Shown: positions 51,212-63,483 of the stretch, one piece after another
Numbering within the stretch: position 1 is the first letter of the stretch
Layout of the letters: the number at the start of each line of letters is the position of its first letter
Origin: Squalus acanthias
Lineage: Eukaryota
Direction of reading: 5' to 3'
Length of the DNA: 64,000 nucleotides
Assembly (NCBI GenBank): GCA_030390025.1
Contig: CM059432.1
Coordinates: 75,890,001-75,954,000, forward strand
Translations under genes and position numbers: made by a program
The notes under the pieces: generated by a model
Told to the model about the DNA's origin: nothing
Database searches by the model: none
The model's input: the letters and a program-made list of their open reading frames with translations, nothing else

Positions 51212-51251
51212 CCAGTTCTGACGAAAGGTCATGGACCTGAAACATTAACTC
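51212..51251 (+). ncRNA. Minimal hammerhead ribozyme motif (mirror copy, helix III mutated)
   Basis: CCAGTT-CTGACGA-A-AGGTC-ATG-GACCT-GAAA-CATTA-ACTC. Confidence 0.65.
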
Positions 51252-52395
51252 TGTTTCTCTCTTCACAGATGCTGCCTGACCTGCTGAGTATCTCCAGCAT
51301 TTTCTGTTTTTATCTCATAACCACTGGCTGTGTAAAAAAGTTTTTCCTCACGTCACCTTTGGTTCTTCTGCCAATCACCTTGAATCTTTGTCCTCTGGTT
51401 CTCGACCGTTCCGCCAATGGGAGCAGTTTCTCTCTACCTACTCTGCCTAGACCGATCATGATTTTGTACACCTCTATCAAATCTCCTCTCAACCTTCTCT
51501 GCTCTAAGGAGAACACCCCCAGCTTCTCTAGTCTATCCACGTAACTGAAGTCCCTCATCCCTGGAACCATTCTCAATCTTTTCTGCTCCCTTTCTAAGGC
51601 CTTCACATCCTTTCTAAAGTGTGGTGCCCAGAATTGGGCACAATACTCCAGTGGAGGCTGAACCAGTGCTTTATAAAGGTTCATCATAACTTCCTTGCTC
51701 TTGTATTCTATGCCTCTATTTATGAAGCCCAGTATCCCGTATGCTTTTTTAACTGCTTTCTCAACCTGCCCTGCCACCTTCAACGATTTGTGCACATATA
51801 CCCCCAGGTCTCTCTGTTCATGCACCCCCTTTAGAATTGTACCCTTTAGTTTATATTGCCTGTCCTCGCTATTGCTACCAAAATGTATCACTTCTCACTT
51901 TCCTGCGTTAAATTTCATCTGCCACGTGTCCGCCCATTCCTCCAGCCTGTCTATGTCCCCTTGAAATCTATCACTATCCTCCTCACTGTTCACTATACTT
52001 CCAAGTTTTGTGTCATCAGCAAATTTTGAAATTGTGCCCTGTACACCCAAATCCAAGTCATTAATTTATATCAAGAAAAGCAGTAGTCCTAGTACTGATC
52101 CCTAGTACCTTCCTCCAGTCCGAAAAACAACCGTTCAACCACTGCTCTCTGTTTCCTGTCACTTTGGCAATTTTGTATCCATGCTGCCACTGTCGCTTTT
52201 ATTCCATGGACTTCAACTTTGCTGGCAAGCCTATTATGTGGCACATTATCAAATGCCTTTTGGAAGTATAGATGATTAAATAAGGATATAAAAATAAATA
52301 CAAGACTGAAATTATATATTATACATATTGTGGATTTAATTCAACGTTTTTGCTCAAAGACTCTGCTCAGATCAGCAGTAGCTATTTTCATTTAC

Positions 52396-52489
52396 CTTCG
52401 ATGGTGGACACAAATTCCATCTGTTGGCTGACCCTATTAGTACTCAAGATTCTGTAGAAGTTACTCAATTTTTCATTGCTTGTAAAATT
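52396..52489 (-). CDS. GGH: GGH-A exon 7 (94 nt)
   Basis: atttcag|...|gtaaat; NFTSNEKLSNFYRILSTNRVSQQMEFVSTIE. Confidence 0.92.
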
Positions 52490-52787
52490 CTGAAATTTAT
52501 CACAAAAGAATTCTAACTAGAAATATTGAAACAAATTATCAACAAACAACTTTCTGTAGCAGTATCTATATTGTGAAACCAAACTATAAAGTGAGTTTTT
52601 GTACAAGAAATGAAAGTTGTATGTGTGCACAATACCGTTGACTCTAAAATACACGTAAAAACGAACTATATTTTGATTTAATGTTGAGAACCATTAAGTA
52701 ATCCTGGTATCCCACCATAGGAAAAGAATTACCCAGGTTGCTGCACCATAATGCCCCCCAATTTCAAACAAATGAATTTGAAATAAT

Positions 52788-53223
52788 GGGCCGTACTTTG
52801 CGACCCCTATAGGTGCATACGAGGTGCGCACGCGCCCGTAGGGACCGCACAAATTCCGGGTTTAGGCATGCGAAGTGCATGCGCTAAAACCCAGAACTTG
52901 CGATCGGTCAAGAATCTTCTTGACAGATCCTTCGCATCCTTGGGAGATGGGCCACTGCGGGAGGAGAGTTGCGCTATTTGCCCAACTTCCGCACGCTGAA
53001 TGCCGTGAAATTCTTATGCCTGGTAAAAGCAGGCGTAAGGCCTGCTTTTACCAGCATAAGAGTTTAAAAAAATAGAAAAATAAAATTTTATCACTCATTT
53101 ATACATTAAAAACCCTGTCCAATAAGGTAAGTTTATTTTTAGCCCCGTTAAAATATAATAAAAAATTTAAAAAAAAACTTTTTGTTTCAAATATTTAATT
53201 AAACTTGCGCAAAAATTCAAGCT
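52788..53223. mobile_element. Possible Harbinger-type MITE (truncated)
   Basis: CpG-rich segment starting GGGCCGTACTTTGCG with internal hairpins and similarity to 60279-61264 (gaacttgcgatc); right TIR weak. Confidence 0.45.
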
Positions 53224-53749
53224 AAATCAATGCACTAATATACAGCTCTACAAATTAACTGAAAAAATAACTACAACCAATTGAAGCAGTCTTTTTTTTT
53301 TTATATAAGGTTTATTCCCTCCTTTTATTCCTACTTCTCCCTTTTAAATTAACTCCCTTAGAATTACAGGTAACCAGCAGGGCGAGGTCTAAGCACATCT
53401 GTGCCCCAATGAGCAGCACAAGGGCATCTAGATAGGTCTGTTTTCCAAGCAAAGAGAACTAGAATGTGGGAAGAAATAAGGGAATGGGAGAGTAGAGGGA
53501 AACCACAAGGAAATGGTCTAATAGAAGTACAAAGCACTCTGTATCACAATGAGGACCAGTAGGAAAGGTTTCCAGTTATTTGTTCAAGTTGTCCCAGAGC
53601 ATTTTCCCCACTCAACCTCTCCCTACCTGAAACAGAATTGGTTATATCACTAGCAACTGTCCTGATTTGCAAGAACTGCCAAACAGTTCTGGTTACATAA
53701 AGTCTACATCTACAACTCATGAAACATTAGCTGTTTGATGTATAATTAC

Positions 53750-54355
53750 ATAGAATTGCATAGAATATACAGCACAGAAACAGGCCATTCGGCCCAACCA
53801 GTCCATGCTGGCATTTATGCACCACTCGAGCCTCCTCCCATCCTTCTTCACCTAACTATTAGCATAACCCTCTATTCCCTTCTCCCATGTATGCGTATCT
53901 AGCTTCCCCTTAAATGCAGCTATACTATTCGCCTCAACTACTCCCTGTGGTAGCGAGTTCCACATTCTCATCACTCTCTGGGTAAAGAAGTTTCTTCTGA
54001 ATTCTATATTTGATTTCTTAATGACTGTCTTATATTGATGGCCTCAAGTTTTGCTCTTTCCCACAAGTGGAAACACTCTCTGAGTCTACTCTATCAAAAC
54101 CTTTCATAATTATAAAAACCTCTATAAGGTCACCCCTCAGCCTTCTTTTTTCAAGAGAAAAGAGACCCAAGCCTGTTCATCCTTTCCTGATAGATATAAC
54201 CTCACATTTTTGGTATCATCCTTGAATTTTTTTTGTACCCTCTCCAGAGTCTCTATATCCTTTTTATAATATGGTGACCAGAACTGTACACAGTACTCCA
54301 AGTGTGGTCTAATCAAGGTTCGATACAAGTTTAGCATAACTTCTCTACTTCTCAA
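53750..54355 (-). mobile_element. CR1 3' fragment (another subfamily)
   Basis: ORF 54137..54355 [31 protein letters not shown] plus CR1 3'UTR. Confidence 0.88.
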
Positions 54356-55377
54356 CTGTTGTTAGAGCAGAGTCATAAAATCCTTTTTAAAAATAGCTCA
54401 TTGTTTAAAAAGAGGAATATTAAAAGGAATGGGCTGCAAGGAGAGTGGGTTTATATACGTGGCTCATGTGGACAAAAATGACAGTGCAGACTTGATGGGC
54501 CAACTGGGTTATTTCTGAACAGTAACGTTCTAAGAATCTTACACCTGTTTGGCTGGATTTAATTTCATCTCAGGGCGATGAAAGGAAATCTTCTCCCTCA
54601 CCAAGCTATTCTAAATGGAATAAGGGTAGTGTCTTAAATCAATTCCCAGTGGGAATAATCTTCTGAAGTTGTGATTGAGTCACATTGTTGAAAGAGTAAA
54701 AATAACTCTATCTGTACCTAATTTGCCCTTTAACTCAACTGTAAGTCCTGATGTTGACACTGGGTGCAAACTAAGAAATGTATTCAGTTCCTCTCCATTA
54801 ACTGCCCCTCACCTTGATCACGTTTTTTTGGTGTTTTACATTTTTAAGAAGAATATGGCTGCGAATTTGCCGGCGCTCAGAGGGCGGGTTTGGAGGCGGG
54901 TCAGTAGTAAAAATCTAAATGATTGACGGCGGATTGCGAACCCGCCGCCATCCACGCTACTTTGCCAAGTGTCGGGTCTGCGAGTCCCGATGAGACCCGA
55001 CGCCAAACGGTGGGAGAGGCAGTTAAGAGGTTGTTAACTGCCTTGATAATCTTATTTTAACATCCTGTTCCGATTTGAGGTTTTTCTGCGTGTTGCCCAT
55101 CGTCAGACAAACACGCCAGCTGCATTGTGCTGGGTTTAGCAAGGACCTGAATTGTTGGAGCTGATCGAGCAGTTTAAAAGCGGTCCTACAACATGGCTGA
55201 GTTTCAGATGCTACAATTTAGTGCTTTAAGGATTTGGAAAACATTTTGCAGCTCTACTGATCTTGTGAGTGTTCAAGCTGAGATCCATCTGCAGTGTGAC
55301 TGCCTTGGAATACCGTCTGGCCACTTTGACTGAGCGCTTGCAACCTCTATTCCTTGACTGAGATATATACCAGCGGA

Positions 55378-56550
55378 ATGGGAACCATTTATATCCTCTC
55401 AACCTGGTCGTCAGATTCGGAGGAAGAGCAGCCGCGGCAGCAGCAAAACCAGGCGCAACAGCAGGAGCGCCAACCTTCTCCTCAGCCAAATCATGATGTA
55501 CAGGGCAGAGGGCGTCAGCACAGGGCTGCACCTCACCGCAGGAGATACCCCCAACACAGGGTTTACAGGCAGAGGATGAGCTTCCTCAACATGAATGAGC
55601 AACAGTGCCAAAGGAGGCGGAGACTTTCCCGAGACATAGTCGCTGACATCTGCACAATGCTGCACCAACACCTGGAGCCCAGAGGACTGGGTGGACACTC
55701 CTTATCAGTGACTGTCAAAGTCATCACCGCACTCAACTTCTTTGCTTCGGGCTCCTTCCAGGGATCATCAGTAGACATCAGCGGCATCTCCCAGTCGGCC
55801 GCACACACCTGCATCACGCAGGTTACCGATACCCTCTTTGCAAAGTCGCACAATTACCTCCACTTCACCACGGATGAAGCAAGTGTAACCTCGCATGCGG
55901 TTGGCTTTGCAAATATGGCAGGCTTCCCAAGGGTGCAGGGCGTCATAGACTGCACACATGTGGCCATTAGGGCACCCCATCACAACATGGTGTGTAACCA
56001 CAGGAAGATCATTATGCATGTTTGCGCCAAGTACCCTGGCAGTTGCCATGACTTCTTCATCCTGTGGTAGTCTACTGTGCCTCAGCTCTTCAATCCGCCA
56101 ACCCAACTTTCCGGATGGCTACTTGGCGACAAGGGCTATTCCCTGAAAAAGTGGCTCATGACACCGATGAGGAGGCCATCAAATGAGGCTGAGGAGTGCT
56201 ACAATCTGAGCCACATTTCCACCAGAAGCATCATAGAGCAAACCATCGGCTTGCTCAAAATGCAATTCTGATGCCTCGACAGATCTGGTGGAGCCCTGCA
56301 GTACGCACCAGCCAGGGTCTCCAGAATCATCATGGTCTGCTGCGCCCTGCACAATATCGCACAGCAGCGTGGCTTAGCGCTGCCTGAGGAACGAGTGGCT
56401 CAGCGCACAGCCTCCTCGGAAGAAGAGGAGGATGAGGAGGCGGCAGATGATGGACACCTTGCGGGGCCGGATGTGCCAATTCCACCAGCACACGACCACA
56501 TTGCTGGCCGTCAGGTAAGGGATGCACTCATCCATGCCAGATTCGCGTAA
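55378..56550 (+). pseudogene. HARBI1-like DDE transposase, inactivated
   Basis: One frame with [57 protein letters not shown]; stops at 56068 (TAG) and 56269 (TGA); the NRKGxHSxNVQ segment is missing. Confidence 0.92.
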
Positions 56551-56835
56551 GCTTACGCTTCAACCACAGGTGGCTGGCAGATGGAGATGAATGTCTGGAC
56601 GACCTTCTTAACACACCATTCATCATCTGTCCAATAAACGATGCTTTTATATCACTCTCACCCCCATCATTACAAATGCAAGTAGCCCTGAGCCCTCATT
56701 GTGCAACTTCCATTTCTCAGCACACATAGGCCAAATCTTCAATTCTTTGCCATCACTTTTGTTTCATAAAATGACAATCAGGATGACAATCGCTACTTTT
56801 TACTCAAGAAAACACTCAAGTGACTACCCTTGTGA

Positions 56836-58738
56836 CTATTTGAGAGTTAACTTTCTCTTACGGGTGCTTTTACATGGTGCTTCCCCTGTGGCTTCAGCAG
56901 ATGTAGAGGCACCTTGCTCACTTTTATGCTGCGCCTGCTTAGACGCCTTTGCCTCTGGGTTTGGGAGCCTGGGAGGATCCGCAACAGTCTGCTCTTCCTG
57001 CGGCTGTGCAGGGGCTGAGACAGCCATCTCAGTTGGGTGCGGAATCTGGGGCTCTGACCGAGGGCTCCGCAGTGGCATGGTCGTGTGAGCGCTGGGAGAG
57101 GAGCCCACACTTTCTTGTTGTCGGCCACCAACATTCCTCTCATGGGTCACTCGCACTTCAGTGCTAGCAAGTGGCTGGAGAGCACCATGCTGCACATCAG
57201 TGGGGCCATGAGGACCCGTCTCTGTACTGTAAGTCCTCATAATGGGGACGTCCATATACCTCTGGTGTCTCTCTTCAATAGATGCCCATCTATCTTCCAC
57301 AGCAGACCATCTATTTAGAAGAGTCATCATGATCTGTGGAGTCTGGTGAGTTATATCCTCCAAGGAGGTTGCCACCCTCTCCATGGTGGCATGTTCATGT
57401 GGCATTGTCTCCACCAAGGCAGTGCTCATGTTTGAGATGGACTCCTCCATTCTCTGCACACTCACAGTTACCGTGGATGCAAACCCTGTCAGAGACTCCT
57501 GCACTTGTTCCTGGAGTTCCAGCACCGCTCTCTTTCTGGATGGCCCCAGAGGCACAGTGTCTACATGCAGCTGAGCAGAGCTAGAAGTGTCCTGTGACCT
57601 CTGACGAGGAGTCTCCACTGCTGTCGCTGTCTCCACCATCTGCTGATGCTCACTTGTGTGCTGTGATACACCAGGTGATAACACTACTCTATGTCGCGAA
57701 GGCCCTGCCGAGGTGTGCGTATCTGCAGTGGTGCTGGGTGCACTGAGTCCTGGTGACGCTGCTCCCTCAGAGGCTGCAGGTTCCTCTGAGGAGTCGTCCG
57801 ACTCTTCCTCCTGGACAGTGGGGAGGGGGGCTCTCAATGGTCCTGTGGGAGAGTAAAGGCATGAGTTAGACATCTGATATTTAGGTAGCAGACACATCCT
57901 ATTGTGCAGATGATCAAAAGTCAATCTCTATGAACATCATATGCCATTTCAGTCAATCATTAAATCTAAATGAGAGGGCTGAAAATCTATTCTGTCACCA
58001 GCTTCCTCTACTGCGCCCGTCTCTCCGTCCCCCACTTCCAGCTCCTCGCCACCTCCCACGATGTCGTGAGCAGCCTCCTCAGCGCTTGTCAAAGTTGCGA
58101 GGGAAGGTGGCCCTCCTCCTGTCTTCCCTCTCTCCCTCTTATTGTAGGCTATCTTTTCCTGCAAAGAGGGACACAAGTGGAGTTTCAGTGAGATTGATGG
58201 AGTGAGTGTGAAGAATCCATAACATAGAAGCTTAGAGAGAGACCAATGGATGATGGAGTGAGGTGCCAAGAGGAAGGTGCCTCCCTGTGCGGTTAGTTGT
58301 TGTCATTGCATAACAGTGAGAGCAAGTGTGAGGGGTGCATAGTAGGATGGTGAAGTGATTATGTACATAGAGAGAGGGGGATAAGTAAAGGTGCAAGGGA
58401 AGTAAGGGTAAGATGGGATGTGGAGGAGCAGGTTTACAATGCAGAGTGCTGGTGATGAGAAGGGAAGCAGACTGCAGGAAAGTGTGATGTGTACTCACTT
58501 TTGATGAGCGCAGAAAATCATTGAAAGGTTTGCGGCACTGCACCCAGGTGCATGAGCATACGGACCTCGCGCTGACCTCCTCAGCAATTCGGAGCCAGGC
58601 TGCCTTTGTCTGCTGAGGAGGCTTCCTCCGGCCATCAGGAGGGAACAGAATCTCTCTGTGCCCTCTTACTCCCTCCACGAGAGCTTGGAGGGAGTCTTCA
58701 TGAAAGCATGGAGAAGCCTTTGCTCTTGCAGTAGTCGT
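56836..58738 (-). CDS. Harbinger Myb/SANT-like protein, 3 exons (58499-58738, 57999-58158, 56836-57842), open frame of 468 codons; start codon appears mutated to ACG
   Basis: ORFs 58232..58768, 57949..58269 and 56836..57924 join in frame through GT-AG introns; W..IAEEVS...QCRK.FND, KTGGGPP, acidic and coiled-coil region, C-terminal RKRK. Confidence 0.75.
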
Positions 58739-59335
58739 AGTCACCTGGGCCGATTTCCCAAGCAGCACAAATGAAATGAGAAGCTAAGGTTACATGGGCC
58801 CCTTAAAAACAACTGATTGAACGATGTCAGCAGAGGCGACCAGCAAATCCGCTCCCCCTCATTGGGCCAGGTAGCACGCACGGCAGGCTTAATGAGCCCA
58901 CTGAATGGAAAATAGTTATTTGGGAGCGGCTGAAACCAGCAGCGGTACCGGAACCCGCCAACCCGACTCCAACCTGCCTCCTCCAATAAAATCGCGGCCT
59001 ATGTTTTTCCTCGGGTTCACAGTAAACTTGCAAACTAGCTTTAAACAGCTACAATTCAACTTAGATTAAGGCAAATATATACCAACCCTCAAAAATCTCC
59101 AATCTGTAATCAGAGTTGAACTTTATTAAACAGCAAATCTAAGCCACTATTTAGATACATAAATGATCAGGTTTTATTATTTAGATCTTGATTTTGTGTG
59201 TTTTTACTATAACGTAAACTTGAAGAAAGTAATCCTCTCCCCAAAAGTCAACAAAAACCCAATCAAACTCGTGTTTCTACTTTTTAAACTTAAAATGAGT
59301 ATATCAAGGAACAGTCTATCTGCAGTTCAAGAATA

Positions 59336-59697
59336 CAGGAAACTCTTTATTAACCGGCACCCAAATATCCAGAAATCTCTCTTAACCGGCAAAATTCTTG
59401 AGTAGGTAACCGGGGTTTTCCTTCATCTCTCGTTTAAAATTAACTTTAAAAAAAACCGAGGCGTTTGCCTTGTATTGGAGCGTGTAGATTGGGAGGGGAA
59501 TGTGCAGCCGGGGTAGGCAGTGGACACGACAGATGGTCAGCTGGCGGTCCCCGGGGAGACGGAGCTCCGAATGCAGGCGCATGTCAATGTGTACGGGGCT
59601 CTCGTACGTTGGGAGATATAACTCTCCATTATCCGGACTTTTTGATTAACCGGCACCACGCCGGTCCCGTCGGTGCCGGTTAATAAAGAGTTTCCTG
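59336..59697. mobile_element. Tc1/mariner (Tigger/pogo-like) MITE, 362 bp
   Basis: Perfect 25-bp TIR CAGGAAACTCTTTATTAACCGGCAC; TA TSD; internal repeats of TTAACCGGCA. Confidence 0.9.
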
Positions 59698-59764
59698 TAA
59701 TTACAATTTACTCAAAGTATATTAATTAAAACAATGTTAGTTGAAAAAGCTCCCAAAATCCTAC

Positions 59765-59871
59765 CTGCGCAGAGATGCTCCAATTGTGGGAGTGTCCTGT
59801 CAGAGGTTTGCTTTGTAATGCTTGCAGCAGGTCTTTAGGAAAGTTCTTGAATAGTCGACTGTCCTGAACAT
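59765..59871 (-). CDS. GGH: GGH-A exon 6 (107 nt)
   Basis: tttgttcag|...|gtagga; (D)VQDSRLFKNFPKDLLQALQSKPLTGHSHNWSISAQ, matching the GGH SRMFxNFP...PLTxNFHxWS region. Confidence 0.92.
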
Positions 59872-59959
59872 CTGAACAAAATAGCAAAAACAGAAGCAAA
59901 CATTTATTCAGCTACTCCTTCAGTCATATAATTATTAATTCTTTATTTTTAGGACTCTG

Positions 59960-60182
59960 GTCAGTCCTGGTCAATATTTATCCCTCAACCAACATCAGTA
60001 AACAGATGATCTGGCCATTATCACATTGTTGTTTGTGGGAGCTTGCTGCGTGCAAATTGGATGCCGCATTTCCTACATTACAACAGTGACTACACTTCAA
60101 AAGTACTTCATTGGCTGTAAAGCACTTTGGGACGTCCTGAGGTTGTGAAAGGTGTTACATAAATGCAAGTCTTTATTTCTTT
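59960..60182 (+). mobile_element. Deu-type SINE 3' portion with L2-like tail
   Basis: cctggtcaatatttatccctcaaccaacatca core; tail ataaatgcaagtcttt resembles the L2 end at 18322. Confidence 0.7.
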
Positions 60183-60278
60183 AATTGGACGCTATGTTGT
60201 CGTCAGCATTACAGACTTAAATTGTAGATGTTACCATTATATGTTTGTAATAATCAAATATCACCTATTCAAAGTATT

Positions 60279-61264
60279 GGCCCTGAATTCACGGTCGGTA
60301 TGACGGCATATTCTCAGAGTACACCATCATACCGCTTTTGAAATCGACCGCATGCTTGGGATTTCCGCACGCACTTGTGCTAAATCCTGAACTTGCGATC
60401 TGTCAAGTTCTGACTGCATTGGCTTCGCTGCACGATTCACCTCCTCATTCAAATCAACATGCTGGTGAAAAGTTGGGCTAATTGCCCATCTACTGCGCTA
60501 TAATTACCATGAAAATTTTTACATCTGGTGCAAACAGGCAGAGTCTGCTGCACAGCGTAAGGGGAGGGGGGGGGGGGGAGATGAGAAAATTGTATTAGTT
60601 TATGCTACAGTTGAGGCACTGGTTCGTGTTTGAGCAGATACAATCTTTGCAAGAAACTTTAATTTGTTCGAGTTTGAAAACAGAGCCTTTTTGCGTCACC
60701 GCCTTTGCTGCCCAAAAGCCTTTTTTTTTAAGTTTCGGTTTAATTATTTCTCAACTTCTATTTATATAGGATTTAATTCACTTTCATTATTTCCTTATGC
60801 TATCAGACATTTAAACTCTCGATTTTAGATTATTTAAATTAATCAAAAGTTAGTTAGTCTAATAGAGGAGAAACAAATTCGATAGGACTATAAGACTGTA
60901 ATTATAGGTCTGTGTATTGTAATCTTGATTTGTGTATTAAATACTATTGCAATGATTGTAATTTATTAATAAAAAAGCATTTCTGGTTGCTAAATTATTT
61001 AAAATAAGTTATGAGCAAATCAGCAATCTCCTGTTTCCTGATTGGCTAAGAGGCAGGAAGTGAATGGAGCACCGCCCATGTGATCCCAGGTTCGCATACG
61101 CACAATGGCGCGCCCCTGGGATCCGTGGGCTACTACGCTACACACAACTCTGCAGCATTTGTAAGCAACCTTTCGAAGCGGGGTTCGCATGAGGTTGGTG
61201 CATATTTCATTCGGATGTCAACAGCGTACTCCTTAGCTACGCCGCCAACCGTAAATTCAGGGCC
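60279..61264. mobile_element. Harbinger-type MITE (~1 kb)
   Basis: TIRs GGCCCTGAATTCACGGT / ACCGTAAATTCAGGGCC, TSD ATT on both sides. Confidence 0.85.
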
Positions 61265-61886
61265 ATTAGCTTTAGTAATTGCAACAAGTTTTAATTAAAC
61301 ACTGATGAAATTGATGTCACATCTGTTGAGAGTACAAGGATATATATGTCCTGTGGACATACATGTCACAGTAAATCACTTTTCATGAGCAATGCAAGAG
61401 CTGCAATAATATTGCAGAAGGTACATTGTAGTGGACATCTTCAGTACCATTCCTTTTATTATTCAGGAAGCCAAATAAAAAGGGGCTGCTGTAACAGATT
61501 TTCAATTAAATATGGTCCCATATCTAAATTTACATGGCAAACCCTCTAACTTAGTAGTACCATCACTATTGATTTGCTGATCAGGAGCAGCAGCATCTAT
61601 CACCTAAAGACAAAACTCTAACTTGAGCATCCATTGGAATGCAAAACCTAAAAAGGGGGCGGGAGGAGGCATTTTTGTTTATTCATTAAAATCATGTGGA
61701 AGAAAAAGCCAATACACATGCACAAAGCAGATACACATCTTCACACACAGTGTTTTAATAATATATCTGATTTCAAAAAAACAATTATGGAGAATTGCAG
61801 GCATACCGCACCCAAAACAATGAACCTTTGGCCAGCAGGAACACTGACAACAATATACAGTTGTTGTTTTACATACTTGTCTAGAG

Positions 61887-62010
61887 CAGGGGTTCTCAAC
61901 CTTTTTGTTTCTGAGGTCCCCCTCCCTTGTTATAAAAACAGACCCCCTGTGGGGGGAGGGGGGAGAAGGGAGTGTGAGAGGGGTGGGGATGGGGGTTCCT
62001 CTCATATTGT
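61887..62010 (+). mobile_element. hAT (Charlie-like) left-end fragment
   Basis: CAGGGGTTCTCAACC preceded by GTCTAGAG (typical Charlie target); no matching right end found. Confidence 0.5.
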
Positions 62011-62441
62011 TACCATTAGCAACCATCATAAAATTCACTAGGCCTCAGCCCCTCAACACAAACAGGGATAACTTTTCACCCACTTTACGGCGCCCGGAGG
62101 CCCTAGTGTCCAGGCCCCAGGCCTCACTCACCCTCCGACAGATCTTCAATGCATTTGAAGGTGATCTCGAACTGAAAAGTGTTGAAAAACGGCAACGGGT
62201 ATCCAGCACCACCACATTGTTCACCTGCACCTTGGCTCCTACAGGCTAATTTTGTGTTTTTTTTCCCCCCTCAGGCCCACCTACGCCAATTTAAAACAGA
62301 GCCCCCGGCTGGCTTGGCAGAGTGTGAGGGGCCCCAAGTCTTTGCTTTCCCGCAGAAGCTCTGGCCCACCTCTTCCACCTGCCGCTCTCGATTGTTTCGC
62401 TGAGCGCTGTAAGAAATCGCGGATTGAAAGAAAAAATAGTC

Positions 62442-63419
62442 TGTTACGGGCTCCCGAGATCAGCAGTTTGCCTAAGTTGATGACACAGAAAGATTCCAGT
62501 CATGTCAGAAAAGGAGTTGTACAGAGAACTGAATTATGAGGTCAGAACACAAAAACAGGCCTTCGAGTGGGCATAGTTAGGTCTGATAAAGGGATGCAGC
62601 AAGGAGTTGTAGGATAAACAAGCTGTCTACAAGAGGGCAACAAGACCTTTAGAACAGAGATAAGGAGGAAAATGACCTCATGAGGCTGGGAGGGGGTTGT
62701 CAGAGGGACCCTCTCCCTTGTACTTGGACAATGGGATGGGTAAAAATTATTGATACCAGGTATCCACCAGCCCATCGAAATAAGGTATAAAAACAGATGA
62801 CCGAGAGAGGAAAACAGGCAGTTAGGAGCGAAGGCTTCCCCGAGGTGGCTACAGCCTAACACCTTGGTCAAGTTTAGCCTCTGAGGTGGATCAATGCTGG
62901 CTGACAGCCTAACACCTCCAACAGCTCGAGGGACGACCCAACAGAAGTGACCGCTGCCACAGACTGCAGGAATCCACCCAATCCGAGACCACCATACTGC
63001 CTCACCGTCCGTCTGTCCGGTCATTTTGTTCCATTCCAGGGACGTAGATCGGCGTCATCTGTCACGGGTTGTATGTCTACTGTATCTATTTCAATTGCAT
63101 GTAGTAGTATCTGATTATGCTTAGACTGTAGCTCTCTAATAAAAAGCCTTACAACTCCTGTGTGACCTGTGATCCAAATCTTAGTGCCCACAGGCAGCAC
63201 GTATCTCTACCGTCACCAAAGGCCCGGGGAGCCCAGGCCCAGCCACCGACCTCCTCACAGGACGCCACCTGCAGACGGCAGCAGTGAGGTGGGTGCAGCC
63301 AAAGCGACCTGCTACAACTAGTCGATCTCCCGTGGCGTGGACCCCTTGCAATCTTCTCACGGATCCCTAGAGGGCTGTTGACCCCCGGTTCACAACCCCT
63401 GATCGAGATCATTAGAACA
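62442..63419 (+). mobile_element. Possible solo LTR
   Basis: Starts TGTTACGGG, ends AACA; AATAAA ~63138 followed by a GC-rich U5-like tract; no TSD resolved. Confidence 0.4.
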
Positions 63420-63483
63420 AGGTAGTACACAGTATAATGAGCGATACTAGCAGAAGCTGAAGGAAATTTTCAGCATCTCTTAC

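Larger units (their letters stand above)
50336..51311. mobile_element. Palindromic (fold-back) Penelope-like insertion
   Basis: Arms ~50375-50835 and 50843-51313 are reverse complements with a 7-nt spacer; 14-bp TSD ATCTCATAACCACT (50322-50335, 51312-51325). Confidence 0.9.
50128..52268 (-). mobile_element. CR1 3' fragment (50128-50335 and 51312-52268) interrupted by a Penelope fold-back
   Basis: ORF 51310..51891 CR1 RT C-terminus; same family as 548-1562. Confidence 0.9.
54857..58999 (+). mobile_element. Nearly full-length two-gene PIF/Harbinger transposon
   Basis: TIRs GGCTGCGAATTT / AAAATCGCGGCC, TSD TAT; convergent transposase (+) and Myb (-) genes. Confidence 0.93.

Noticed and set aside
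55354..56550. Host gene HARBI1
   Set aside because: It lies inside TIRs and a TSD with a partner Myb gene and has stops; it is a transposon copy.
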